NCBI RefSeq assembly: GCF_000012805.1
Contig: NC_007484.1
Location: 3,150,001-3,182,000, forward strand
Origin: Nitrosococcus oceani ATCC 19707
GTDB lineage: Bacteria > Pseudomonadota > Gammaproteobacteria > Nitrosococcales > Nitrosococcaceae
Reading direction: 5' to 3'
DNA length: 32,000 nucleotides
Below, piece by piece: positions 1 to 10,904 of this stretch (position 1 is the stretch's first letter; the number at the start of each line of letters is the position of its first letter). A program made the position numbers and the translations under genes. Below the pieces are notes generated by a model. The model made no database searches. It was not told the DNA's origin and saw only the letters and a program-made list of their open reading frames with translations.

Positions 1-1131
1 GCAAATTAAAATACCAATGCGTCCCGCATCGGTATCGAATACCCGCAGGGTACTTCCTCCTTGAATCACCCAGTCGCGGCGTTCGTGGGGCGTGATATGA
101 ATCTTGGGCTGCATATCCACCGTGCCGTCACGGCTACATAAGTATGCATTGTTATAAAGCGTATCGCCTTGCAAGACCGGAAGGCTGCCAGCGATAATGT
201 TGATATTATAAGTGACGGCGAAATGGGAAAGGGCTTCCAAACTAGGGGTAGCGTACTGGGCCAAAAACCGAATGGCGCTAAACTGATCTTCCTGATCGCC
301 CATGCCCATAAGGGGCGCATTGAAAAATTCCGGAAAAAGCACAAAATCGGCTTGATAATCCGCCATGGAATCCACAAAAAACTCTACCTGATCCAGCCAA
401 GCCTGAAAAGAGTTGGTGAGTCGCATCTGCCATTGGACGATGCCGATCCGCACTACAGATTTACGAATTTCCTCCGCCGCAAGTCCTTCAGGTTCATAGA
501 GAATATTGTTCCATTCCAGCAACGTGGCAAAACCGCGGGATTTTTCATCCTCGGGCAAGTAGTCTTTCATTAACCGCTTGACCTCAAAATCATTGGCAAG
601 CTGAAAGCTTAGAATGGGATCATGGACTTCCCTCCGGCGCACCGCTTCAATATACTCCGTAGCCGTCAGTTTTTCCGTGTAGCGATGATAGTTAACGATG
701 CGGCCGCCAGCCAAAATCGCCCGCAAGTTTAAGTTTCGGCATAAATCCTTGCGGGCGTCGTAAAGGCGGCGCCCAAGCCGAAGACCTCGGTAATCCGGAT
801 CGACAAAGACATCCATGCCATACAGCGCATCGCCCTTAGGATTATGGCGAATACGCTCCCGCCGCCCAATTAAATCCTGGTAGGTATGGACCCGGCTGAA
901 ACGTTCATAACTGCAACGCACAGTCAAAGCGACTGCAATTACTTGACCATTGCCTTCGATACAAATCTGGCCCTCTGGGAATTCTTTAAACAAAGATAAA
1001 AGAGACTCCCGGGGCCAAGCGCCACCGATGTCGGAATAGACTTTTTCCATCAATGCTTCAAGCTGATGGAGATCCCCCGCCCCAAGGTTGCGCAGCTTAA
1101 GATGGAGATCAGAAGGAATTTCAATGCTCAT
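1..1131 (-). CDS. Bifunctional GNAT N-acetyltransferase / carbon-nitrogen hydrolase (nitrilase superfamily) protein, 3' end cut by window edge
   Basis: Absent from the ORF track because no stop lies in the window. Manual reverse translation from ATG at 1131 gives an open 377-codon frame, MSIEIPSDLHLKLRNLGAGDL... The N-terminal half has a GNAT-like core (GMDVFVDPDYRGLRLGRRLY). The C-terminal half has CN-hydrolase motifs FPEFF (Glu) and QPKIHITP (Lys), and ends ...GRIGILIC (nucleophile Cys) at nt 1-3. Confidence 0.8.
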   Translation of the reverse strand, partial: MSIEIPSDLHLKLRNLGAGDLHQLEALMEKVYSDIGGAWPRESLLSLFKEFPEGQICIEGNGQVIAVALTVRCSYERFSRVHTYQDLIGRRERIRHNPKGDALYGMDVFVDPDYRGLRLGRRLYDARKDLCRNLNLRAILAGGRIVNYHRYTEKLTATEYIEAVRRREVHDPILSFQLANDFEVKRLMKDYLPEDEKSRGFATLLEWNNILYEPEGLAAEEIRKSVVRIGIVQWQMRLTNSFQAWLDQVEFFVDSMADYQADFVLFPEFFNAPLMGMGDQEDQFSAIRFLAQYATPSLEALSHFAVTYNINIIAGSLPVLQGDTLYNNAYLCSRDGTVDMQPKIHITPHERRDWVIQGGSTLRVFDTDAGRIGILIC

Positions 1132-1396
1132 GGACTTAACAGTACAAATATAAAATAATGAAAAGATGGAATAGGACCATAACCTATAGGCGAGATTTAT
1201 AACATGGCTAATTTTTCTTCACAGCCATAAAATTTTGATCTATTTTCTCACCCTAGCCGGAAAAAATTTAAGAAAATATAATTTAAGACTCCTCTTATCC
1301 GTGCCCTTAAAAAGATAATTGAAATTATTTTTTGACTTTTCTTGCTCAAAAACAGTCCAATGATTGCTCTATACATCAAATCGGAGAATTGAATAC

Positions 1397-2566
1397 ATGT
1401 TTTCTGGAGTTTTAGAATTGTCCTTTTGGGGCTATTTTGCGGTCACGCTGGTCCTGACCCACCTGACCATCATCAGTGTGACGGTTTATCTTCACCGCCA
1501 CCAGGCTCACCGGGCGCTGGAGTTGCATCCGGCGGTGAGCCACTGCTTTCGTTTCTGGCTATGGCTGACCACCGGGATAGTGACCAAGGAATGGGCGGCG
1601 GTGCACCGTAAACACCATGCCAAATGCGAGACGGCCGAAGACCCCCATAGTCCTCGGAGGGTGGGTATCCACAAAGTGCTATGGCAAGGCGCCTCGCTCT
1701 ACCGGGAGGCGGCCCGAGACCCGCAGGTAACGGAGAAGTATGGCCATGGCACCCCGGATGATTGGCTTGAGCGCAACCTCTACACGAAACATAGCTACGC
1801 GGGGATTGTGCTGATGCTCTTCATCAACCTGGGCTTGTTTGGTGTAGCGGGTTTAGTGATATGGGCGGTTCAGATGCACTGGATTCCCTTCTTTGCGGCG
1901 GGGGTGATTAACGGACTGGGCCACTACTGGGGCTATCGGAACTATGAGGTGGCCGATGCCTCCACCAATCTACTCCCCTGGGGGATATTGATTGGGGGGG
2001 AAGAGCTGCACAATAACCACCACGCCTATGGTAGTTCCGCCAAGCTCTCTTCCAAGTGGTATGAGTTTGATATCGGCTGGCTCTACATTCGGGTGTTGGC
2101 GGCGTTGAAGCTGGCCCGGGTGAAAAAGGTAGCCCCCAAGCTGCTCATCCAGCCCGGGAAGCAGTGGGTGGATGTGGACACGCTCAGGGCCGTGGTGGCT
2201 CACCGCTTCCGCCTGTTGACCGCCTATGGGCGGGAGGTGATGGCTCCGGTACTCCAAGAGGAGGCGGCTCATTTCTCAGGCAACGCGCTGTACCGGCGGG
2301 CCCGTAACTGGTTGCTGCGCCATGAGGCGTTGATGGATGCCAAGGCCCAGCAGGAGCTGAGCGCCATGCTCAAGGATAATCAGCGCCTGGAGACGGTGTA
2401 TCGCTTTCGCCAGCAGCTCCAGGCCCTCTGGTCCCAGGCTTGGTCTAGCCAGGAGGCGCTATTGTATGCCCTGCAGGAGTGGTGCCGCCAGGCCGAGGAA
2501 TCCGGGATAAAAGCCTTGCAGGACTTCGCCCTCTCCCTGCGCGGCTATTCTCTTCAGCAAGCTTAG
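1397..2566 (+). CDS. Membrane fatty-acid (acyl-lipid/acyl-CoA delta-9 type) desaturase, DesA-like, with long helical C-terminal extension
   Basis: Three histidine boxes are present: HRHQAH, HRKHH and HNNHH. Hydrophobic segments flank them. The track ORF starts at TTG 1364. I prefer ATG 1397 (MFSGVLELS...), which has GGAG 10 nt upstream. Confidence 0.85.
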   Translation: MFSGVLELSFWGYFAVTLVLTHLTIISVTVYLHRHQAHRALELHPAVSHCFRFWLWLTTGIVTKEWAAVHRKHHAKCETAEDPHSPRRVGIHKVLWQGASLYREAARDPQVTEKYGHGTPDDWLERNLYTKHSYAGIVLMLFINLGLFGVAGLVIWAVQMHWIPFFAAGVINGLGHYWGYRNYEVADASTNLLPWGILIGGEELHNNHHAYGSSAKLSSKWYEFDIGWLYIRVLAALKLARVKKVAPKLLIQPGKQWVDVDTLRAVVAHRFRLLTAYGREVMAPVLQEEAAHFSGNALYRRARNWLLRHEALMDAKAQQELSAMLKDNQRLETVYRFRQQLQALWSQAWSSQEALLYALQEWCRQAEESGIKALQDFALSLRGYSLQQA

Positions 2567-2594
2567 AAACTGTTGGACTCTCTTCATCAAATAA

Positions 2595-3473
2595 ATGGTT
2601 TCCACCCCTTCTAGAATGCCCGCCTTCATTGTTGGCTTCGGTGACATAGGCCAGCGAGTCGCAGCCTTGTGGCAGCGCGATGGAAGCGAAGTGACGGCCC
2701 TGATCCGAACCCCTCGCGACACGGCAGGGTGCTGCGCCATTCCTGGCGATCTAGACCAGCCGGAGACTTTGCATGACATGCCCCAGAAACCAGCACTCCT
2801 GTTTCATTTTGCTCCGCCTGCTCCTTCTGGAGCTTCCGATGCTCGAACGGGCCACCTACTCAAAGTCCTGGAGAAGGCGCCTCCCCAGCGCATCGTCTAT
2901 ATTTCCACCTCGGGTGTTTATGGCGACTGCGGGGGCGCCTGGGTAGATGAGTCTCGCCCAGTCCATCCCGGTAATGATCGCTCCCGCCGCCGGGTCGATG
3001 CCGAACAGCAACTCAGGCTCTTCGCCCGCCGTTACGCCCTCCCCCTCATCATCCTGCGTGTACCAGGAATTTATGGCTCCGGCCGCCTGCCACTAGAGCG
3101 CCTGCGCCGGGGTAATCCGGTCGTCTGTCCAGACCAGGCGCCGTGGAGCAACCGCATTCATGCCGACGATCTGGCCACCATTGCCGTGCGTGCGGGCCAA
3201 AGCAGCATACCTGCAGGCATCTACAACGTCAGCGACGATGAACCTACCAGCATGACGGACTATCTCTACCGTCTAGCCGACGCAGCGGGCTTACCCCGCC
3301 CACCCTGTGTCAGTCTGGCCGAGGCACGGCGGAATTTCTCCCCGAAGCTGCTGGAGTACTTAAATGAGTCCCGCCGCTTAAACAACCAGAAGATGAAAAC
3401 GGTACTCGGCGTAAAACTCCGCTATCCGACGTTAGAGACGGGGCTACCCGCCGCTCTTGGGATTTCTAAATAA
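2595..3473 (+). CDS. NAD(P)-dependent epimerase/dehydratase-family (extended SDR) oxidoreductase
   Basis: N-terminal Rossmann motif FIVGFGDIGQRVA and the motif YISTSGVYGD are typical of extended SDRs. The start is uncertain, either ATG 2595 or ATG 2616. Substrate is unknown. Confidence 0.7.
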   Translation: MVSTPSRMPAFIVGFGDIGQRVAALWQRDGSEVTALIRTPRDTAGCCAIPGDLDQPETLHDMPQKPALLFHFAPPAPSGASDARTGHLLKVLEKAPPQRIVYISTSGVYGDCGGAWVDESRPVHPGNDRSRRRVDAEQQLRLFARRYALPLIILRVPGIYGSGRLPLERLRRGNPVVCPDQAPWSNRIHADDLATIAVRAGQSSIPAGIYNVSDDEPTSMTDYLYRLADAAGLPRPPCVSLAEARRNFSPKLLEYLNESRRLNNQKMKTVLGVKLRYPTLETGLPAALGISK

Positions 3474-3486
3474 GTGGGACAATCAG

Positions 3487-3530
3487 CCCCGCCTTGCAAG
3501 CTATTATCATGCTTGGTCGTTGGCGCGGGG
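3487..3530. terminator. GC-rich imperfect hairpin between convergent SDR gene and hisC (possible terminator, no U-tract)
   Basis: CCCCGCCTTGCAAGC-tattatcat-GCTTGGTCGTTGGCGCGGGG. The outer arms CCCCGC/GCGGGG and inner arms CAAGC/GCTTG can pair. No clean T-run follows on either strand. Confidence 0.25.
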
Positions 3531-3556
3531 AATGGAAAAAAGTAAAAGTCGGGCCA

Positions 3557-4639
3557 TCAGTTTTTTCGCCCAGCTTTTAGCGCTTTCAAAAAGGCGTGAT
3601 TTTCATCTGCCGTGCCTACGGTCACCCGGAGGCAATCCGTTAACAGGCCACCCTGGCCGGAAAGGTTCTTAATTAAGACCCCCCGTTCCTTAATGGCAGT
3701 AAAAATCGCCTCAGCCTGATGGGGGGGAGTACGGAAAAGAATAAAGTTTGCATCGCTAGGATAAACTTGAATCCCCGGTAACTGTTGCAAAGCCCTCTGC
3801 AGCTGCGCCCGGGCCTTGCAGATGAGCCGGGCCTGTTCATCTAACCCCCCCGGCTGCTCCAAAGCAAACTCGGCACTGACTTGGGTTAATTGGTTAATAT
3901 TATAGGGTAACCGTACTTTCTCTAGCTCCTTGATCCAAGCTGGATTTCCCATCAACATCCCTAACCTGAGACCTGCCAGGCCAATCTTAGAGAGCGTTCG
4001 CATGACCAGGAGATGATCGTAGTCCTCCAACCGGGGCATGAAGGTTTCACCTGCAAACACGCTATAGGCTTCATCCACGATGACAAGCCCAGGAGAAGCT
4101 TCAATAATGGCTTGCAATTCTTCAGCGGAAAAGAGATTACCAGTGGGATTATTGGGATAAGCGATAAAGACAACTGCTGGCACCCGCTCCCGAATAACCT
4201 GTAGCATTGCCGGTAAGTCTAAAGAAAAATCCTCCCGCAGAGCTACCCCCTGATATTGCAGCCCCAGTAGAGCAGCAATCTGCCGGTACATGACAAAAGT
4301 GGGCTCGGGCGCAACCACAGATCGCCCTGGCCCCGCCACGGCCAGTAACACCATCTGGATCAGTTCATCGGAACCATTCCCCAAAATCATCTCCATGTCT
4401 TCCGGCAGGGCCAGATACTGCCGGAGACGAAGCTTGAGGCTGCGAGCCTGTGGGTCTGGATAACGGTTAACGCTGACTTGCCGCAACCGCTCCAGCCAAG
4501 CCTCTATTAATTCCGGCGACCAAGTATAGGGATTTTCCATGGCATCCAATTTGATTAAATCCGCTGCATCGGCGACCCGATAGGCAGAGAGTCGCTGTAT
4601 CTCGGGACGAATCCATTGGGCAACCCGGTCTTTTGTCAT
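3557..4639 (-). CDS. hisC: Histidinol-phosphate aminotransferase
   Basis: 360 aa. Class-II aminotransferase with the PLP-lysine motif TLSKIGLAGLRLG and an N-terminal segment typical of HisC. Lies downstream of hisG-hisD. Confidence 0.92.
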   Translation of the reverse strand: MTKDRVAQWIRPEIQRLSAYRVADAADLIKLDAMENPYTWSPELIEAWLERLRQVSVNRYPDPQARSLKLRLRQYLALPEDMEMILGNGSDELIQMVLLAVAGPGRSVVAPEPTFVMYRQIAALLGLQYQGVALREDFSLDLPAMLQVIRERVPAVVFIAYPNNPTGNLFSAEELQAIIEASPGLVIVDEAYSVFAGETFMPRLEDYDHLLVMRTLSKIGLAGLRLGMLMGNPAWIKELEKVRLPYNINQLTQVSAEFALEQPGGLDEQARLICKARAQLQRALQQLPGIQVYPSDANFILFRTPPHQAEAIFTAIKERGVLIKNLSGQGGLLTDCLRVTVGTADENHAFLKALKAGRKN

Positions 4640-4832
4640 TAGAGTTTTCCATGGAGGGCGAACGGCCCCCTAGCGAGCGTGCAAAGTGAAACGGCACATC
4701 GAGCGCGAGGAGCGGGCAAAGCCCCAAGGCCGAGGTCATGCCTCCGTCGAGGACCGCTGAGAACCGCGAATTCTCCAGGCTGATGAAGTTTTATAGATAC
4801 AAAACTGTTATCAGTCATGGCGAAACTCCAAG

Positions 4833-6126
4833 TTACCCTTTTAAGCGGTATTCTGCTGAGCGGGCATGGGCTGTTAGCCCTTCGCCGCGCGCCAATACCG
4901 AAGCCACGCGCCCCAAAGTTTGGCTACCCTGGGGGGAGCATTGAATCAAGCTGGAGCGCTTCTGAAAGTCATACACGCCCAAGGGCGAGCTGAAACGAGC
5001 GGTGCGTGAGGTGGGCAGCACATGGTTAGAACCGGCACAGTAATCGCCGATAGCTTCAGCAGTATAGCGTCCCATAAAGATAGCTCCGGCATGGCGAACT
5101 CGGGAGGCTAACGCTTGAGGATCTTCCACCGAAAGCTCTAAGTGTTCAGGAGCGATAAAGTTGATAACTTCCAAAGCCTGATCCAGATTTTCTACCTTAA
5201 TCAAGGTACCGCGGGACCGCAGGGAATTCGCAATAACCTCCTGTCGCTCCAGAGTAGGTAGCAACCGCGCCATGGCCTCCGTGACTTTATCCAAAAAAAC
5301 ACCGTCGGGGGAGAGTAAAATTGCCTGGGCTGCCTCATCATGCTCTGCCTGGGAGAATAAATCCATAGCAATCCACTCCGGATCGGTTTTCCCATCGCAG
5401 AGTACCAAAATCTCAGAAGGCCCGGCAATCATATCGATTCCCACTTGGCCAAAAACCATACTTTTAGCAGTGGCAACATACATATTACCCGGACCGACAA
5501 TTTTATCCACCCGGGGTACGCTTTCAGTGCCAAAAGCCAAGGCAGCGACTGCCTGTGCGCCACCCACGGTAAACACCCGATCCACACCCGCAATAGCCGC
5601 TGCTCCTAGCACGAGATCGTTCATTTCACCCTTGGGCGTTGGCACCACCATAATCAGTTCGGAAACGCCTGCTACCTTTGCCGGGAGGGCATTCATCAAT
5701 ACGGACGAAGGATAAGCCGCCTTACCGCCAGGTACATAGAGTCCCACCCGGTCCAAGGGCCTCACCTGCTGACCCAGCAAAGTACCATCCGGCTCGGTAT
5801 AACTCCAAGATTCCTGCTTCTGATGGCGGTGATAGGTGGTAATCCGCTCAGCCGCCACCTGAAGCGCTTCCCGCTGCTCCCTGGAAATGGCTGTTAACGC
5901 CGCCTGTAAACGAGAGGTTGGGATTTCAAGCTCTGGAGCACGGGCTATTTCTAGGCCATCGAAACGTTGGGTATACTCCAGCAAGGCTTCATCCCCCCGG
6001 CAACGGATCGCCTTGAGAATCTCCCTCACGGTAGCCACCACCGTTTCATCCGCGACTCCTTCCCAAGCCAAGCGCTGCTCCAGACAGAGCCAAAAATCTC
6101 CCTGGGCAATGTCTAACCGCGTCATC

Positions 6127-6134
<8 letters not shown>
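4833..6134 (-). CDS. hisD: Histidinol dehydrogenase
   Basis: 433 aa. Motifs SQAEHDE and [13 protein letters not shown] are present. The start ATG overlaps the hisG stop (ATGGTTGA), with GGAG 7 nt upstream. Confidence 0.95.
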
Positions 6135-8062
<1,928 letters not shown>

Positions 8063-8122
8063 TCAGCTTCCCAGGTGTGCTTGCCCGCTTTGGATGCAGT
8101 AGGCAGGAGAAATGCCCTTTCC

Positions 8123-8350
8123 CTAGCCTTCTCCAGGAAGCTGGGTACGGATAGCCAAAGCGTGCAAGGTAGACTTGAAGCTGTCGCCCAATGCCTCGTA
8201 CACCATGCGGTGCCGCTCAAGCAAGCTCTTACCTCTGAAACCCTCATACACAACAAGCGCCTCAAAATGATGGCCATCTTCACTATGCACGGCAACTTCT
8301 GATTCGGGCAAGCCGGTTTCTATCATGCGTTTGATTTCGCTAGCATTCAT
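8123..8350 (-). CDS. ibaG: BolA-family protein (IbaG/YrbA-like)
   Basis: 75 aa. BolA-like sequence ...HFEALVVYEGFRGKSLLERHRMVYEAL... Sits in the conserved position between mla genes and murA. Confidence 0.85.
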   Translation of the reverse strand: MNASEIKRMIETGLPESEVAVHSEDGHHFEALVVYEGFRGKSLLERHRMVYEALGDSFKSTLHALAIRTQLPGEG

Positions 8351-8447
8351 GTGGGTTGTTCCAATTCAGTCATAATGAGGCCAGAGAATACCCCCTCGGT
8401 CTAGACATGTCACCCCCGTGGTTTAAATTCCTTGGATACTAAATAAA

Positions 8448-9092
8448 TTAACCGCCAGCTTTTTGATTTTTTTCCTTTAATTTATCGATGAGCTGATCAA
8501 GCCCCCCATGACGTATCTCATTAGCAAAATTAGTCCGGTGATTAGTTACCAAACTTACGCCACCAATTTTTATATTATATACCTTCCAGCTTTTCCCTTT
8601 TTCATACAAATCCACTTCCATGGAAATGGGTGATCCCCCCCTAGCCTGCTCGATCTCCATGCGAACAGGGATTTTTTCAGCCTCTTTCGGTCCTCTCAAT
8701 GGCAAGTAATTAATCTTTTCGTCACTATATTTCAGCAAGGCTGTAGAATAGGTCCGAACCAGCAAGGTCCGAAACTCGTCTACAAAACGTTGCCGCTGCT
8801 CCACTGTGGCTTGCCGCCAGTGCTTTCCAAGTACTAGCCGGGAAATGCGTTGAAAATCGAAATGAGGCACAAGGATTTCTTTGACCAAATCGTAGATCTG
8901 CTCCGGATGAGCCTCTAGCTCTTCCCTTTTTTCCCGCAGGGTCTGGAGCATGCGTTCAGAGGTTTCTTCCACTAATTGCTGGGCTGAGGCAGTAGGTAGT
9001 GGATCAGCCTGGACGAAAGAGGAGCTAAAGCCAAAAATCGTTAATATCAAAAATACGGCTAAGCCTATATCCCGCTGGCGATACTTATCCAT
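8448..9092 (-). CDS. mlaC: Periplasmic phospholipid-binding protein MlaC (Ttg2D family)
   Basis: Start moved to ATG 9092 (MDKYRQRDIGLAVFLILTIFGFSSSFVQA, a signal peptide), with GGAG 7 nt upstream. The C-terminal WKVYNIKIGGVSLVTNHRTNF is typical of the family. Confidence 0.88.
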   Translation of the reverse strand: MDKYRQRDIGLAVFLILTIFGFSSSFVQADPLPTASAQQLVEETSERMLQTLREKREELEAHPEQIYDLVKEILVPHFDFQRISRLVLGKHWRQATVEQRQRFVDEFRTLLVRTYSTALLKYSDEKINYLPLRGPKEAEKIPVRMEIEQARGGSPISMEVDLYEKGKSWKVYNIKIGGVSLVTNHRTNFANEIRHGGLDQLIDKLKEKNQKAGG

Positions 9093-9216
9093 CACGTTTC
9101 TCCACATTAATTTCTCTCTCCTCCATAATCCCTTTTTACACTTCCGGTTCTGCATAGGAAAAACTCTATAGTTTACAATCCTTTTGCCATACCCAGCGAC
9201 TATAGGCCCATAAAAA

Positions 9217-9588
9217 TCACGAGTTCGAGGGAGAGGTGAGTTTTTTATCTTGGCCTAAAGCTAATGGTGGTTGGTCCAACGCTTGTTCCTCACCCAAAGG
9301 AAGAATTTGGTCCAGGCTACTGATCTGAGCAATCGCTAGCATCTGAGCTGGAATATTTAAAAACTGAAGGCTTTTATTTTCCTTTTTGGCGTAGCGCAGC
9401 CAAGCAATCAACAAAGCAAGACCGGCGCTATCAGTACGAGAAACTTCCCGTAAATCAATGCGCAAATCCGCCCCTGCTTCATTAAACAGCGCTAGCCCCT
9501 TTTCAGCTACTTCCGGCACCGTGTTGAAGGTCAATTCACCTACAATCCGAAAATGTCCCTTCTGCTGGGGTTCAATATGGAAAATCAT
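9217..9588 (-). CDS. mlaB: STAS-domain protein MlaB with about 25-aa C-terminal extension
   Basis: 123 aa. STAS/anti-sigma-antagonist-like core IDLREVSRTDSAGLALLIAWLRYAKK, resembling E. coli MlaB. Lies directly after mlaD. Confidence 0.8.
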   Translation of the reverse strand: MIFHIEPQQKGHFRIVGELTFNTVPEVAEKGLALFNEAGADLRIDLREVSRTDSAGLALLIAWLRYAKKENKSLQFLNIPAQMLAIAQISSLDQILPLGEEQALDQPPLALGQDKKLTSPSNS

Positions 9589-9651
9589 TCACTATTTGCA
9601 CTTAGCGAGAAAGAAATAAACCTTGGATCATTTCAACCCAGCCTGGCATGA

Positions 9652-10119
9652 CTAAGACTCTCCAGCAGCCTTGCTATAGAGAAATTGACCGATAAGCTCC
9701 TCAAGCACCAGAGCGGATTGGGTAAGCGTGATTTCACCGCCTTCTTTAAGATAGGCCTCGGCTCCTCCTGGCTCCAAGGCAATATATTGCTCGCCCAACA
9801 ATCCAGAAGTATAGATGCTGGCCGAGGTATCCTCAGGCAGATAATCATACTGAGCTTCAATATGCATTCTCACCTGGGCTCCATAGGTTTGGGGATCTAT
9901 TTGGATAGACACTACCCGGCCGATAGTGACCCCAGCCAAGGTCACCGGAGAACGCACCTTAAGACCTCCAATATTCTGGAATTCCGCCACTACGGAATAA
10001 GTGTTCTCTTGCGCCACCAAGCTTAAATTACTTACCCGCATAGCCAGCATAAAAAATGCCACCAAACCAGCGGCCACAAATAGGCCCACAACCAATTCTA
10101 CCGTTCGAGACTGTCTCAT
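9652..10119 (-). CDS. mlaD: MCE-domain protein MlaD
   Basis: 155 aa. N-terminal TM helix (ELVVGLFVAAGLVAFFMLA) followed by an MCE domain (GLKVRSPVTLAGVTIGRV). Confidence 0.9.
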   Translation of the reverse strand: MRQSRTVELVVGLFVAAGLVAFFMLAMRVSNLSLVAQENTYSVVAEFQNIGGLKVRSPVTLAGVTIGRVVSIQIDPQTYGAQVRMHIEAQYDYLPEDTSASIYTSGLLGEQYIALEPGGAEAYLKEGGEITLTQSALVLEELIGQFLYSKAAGES

Positions 10120-10121
10120 AC

Positions 10122-10904
10122 CTATTCGGCTCCAAACATTAGGGCGGTGAGCACAAAATCCAATGCCAGCACAGCAAAAGCGGAATGAACCACGGTGCGG
10201 GTGGTCGCTCGCCCAACCCCGTCAGAGGTAGGGACGGCGTCGTAACCTTCAAAAACAGCTATCCAGGTAACTACGATTCCAAAAACAATACTTTTGATAA
10301 CACCGTTGAGCACGTCTTCTTTCCAATCGGTACTAGCTTGCATCTGCGACCAAAAAGCGCCTTCATCCACGCCCAACAATCCTACTCCCACGAAATATCC
10401 TCCCAACACCCCCACGGCACTGAAGATCGCCGCCAATAGCGGCATAGAAAAACAGCCTGCAAAAAAGCGGGGAGCAGCTATTCGGCGCACAGGATCAACT
10501 GCCATCATCTCCATCCCCGACAACTGCTCCGTTGCCTTCATAAGTCCAATTTCAGCAGTGAGCGCAGAACCCGCCCTCCCCGCAAAAAGCAAAGCACTGA
10601 CCACTGGCCCCAGCTCTCGAACCAGAGAAAGCGAGACAATCACTCCCAGTGACTCCTCGGCGCCAAAATCAACTAGCGTATTATAGCCTTGAAGTCCTAA
10701 GACCATGCCAACAAAAGCCCCTGATACCACAATGATAGGCAGGGTTAAGACGCCTACTGAATACACTTGGGTAATTAGCAAGGGAAAACGCAGTAAGAGG
10801 GTAGCAATACTGAGTAAGAGCTGTCCTAGAAAAAGATGGCCCCGGCCCAAACGCTCAAAAGTTCCTAGCCCCCAACGGCCTAGGCGGAGAAGAGCCTCAA
10901 TCAC
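10122..10904 (-). CDS. mlaE: ABC permease MlaE
   Basis: 260 aa polytopic protein. It shows strong collinear similarity to my recollection of E. coli MlaE ([45 protein letters not shown]). ATGA overlap with mlaF. Confidence 0.92.
   Translation of the reverse strand: MIEALLRLGRWGLGTFERLGRGHLFLGQLLLSIATLLLRFPLLITQVYSVGVLTLPIIVVSGAFVGMVLGLQGYNTLVDFGAEESLGVIVSLSLVRELGPVVSALLFAGRAGSALTAEIGLMKATEQLSGMEMMAVDPVRRIAAPRFFAGCFSMPLLAAIFSAVGVLGGYFVGVGLLGVDEGAFWSQMQASTDWKEDVLNGVIKSIVFGIVVTWIAVFEGYDAVPTSDGVGRATTRTVVHSAFAVLALDFVLTALMFGAE

Noticed and set aside
66-573. Track ORFs 66-377 (-) and 169-573 (+)
   Set aside because: Both lie inside the long uninterrupted minus-strand GNAT/nitrilase frame (1-1131), which has clear catalytic motifs. 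They are off-frame or antisense artefacts.
1970-2779. 100-aa and 106-aa minus-strand ORFs over the desaturase and SDR genes
   Set aside because: These are shadow ORFs in the most GC-rich part of the window. The peptides are P/G/R-rich, and they overlap well-supported plus-strand genes.
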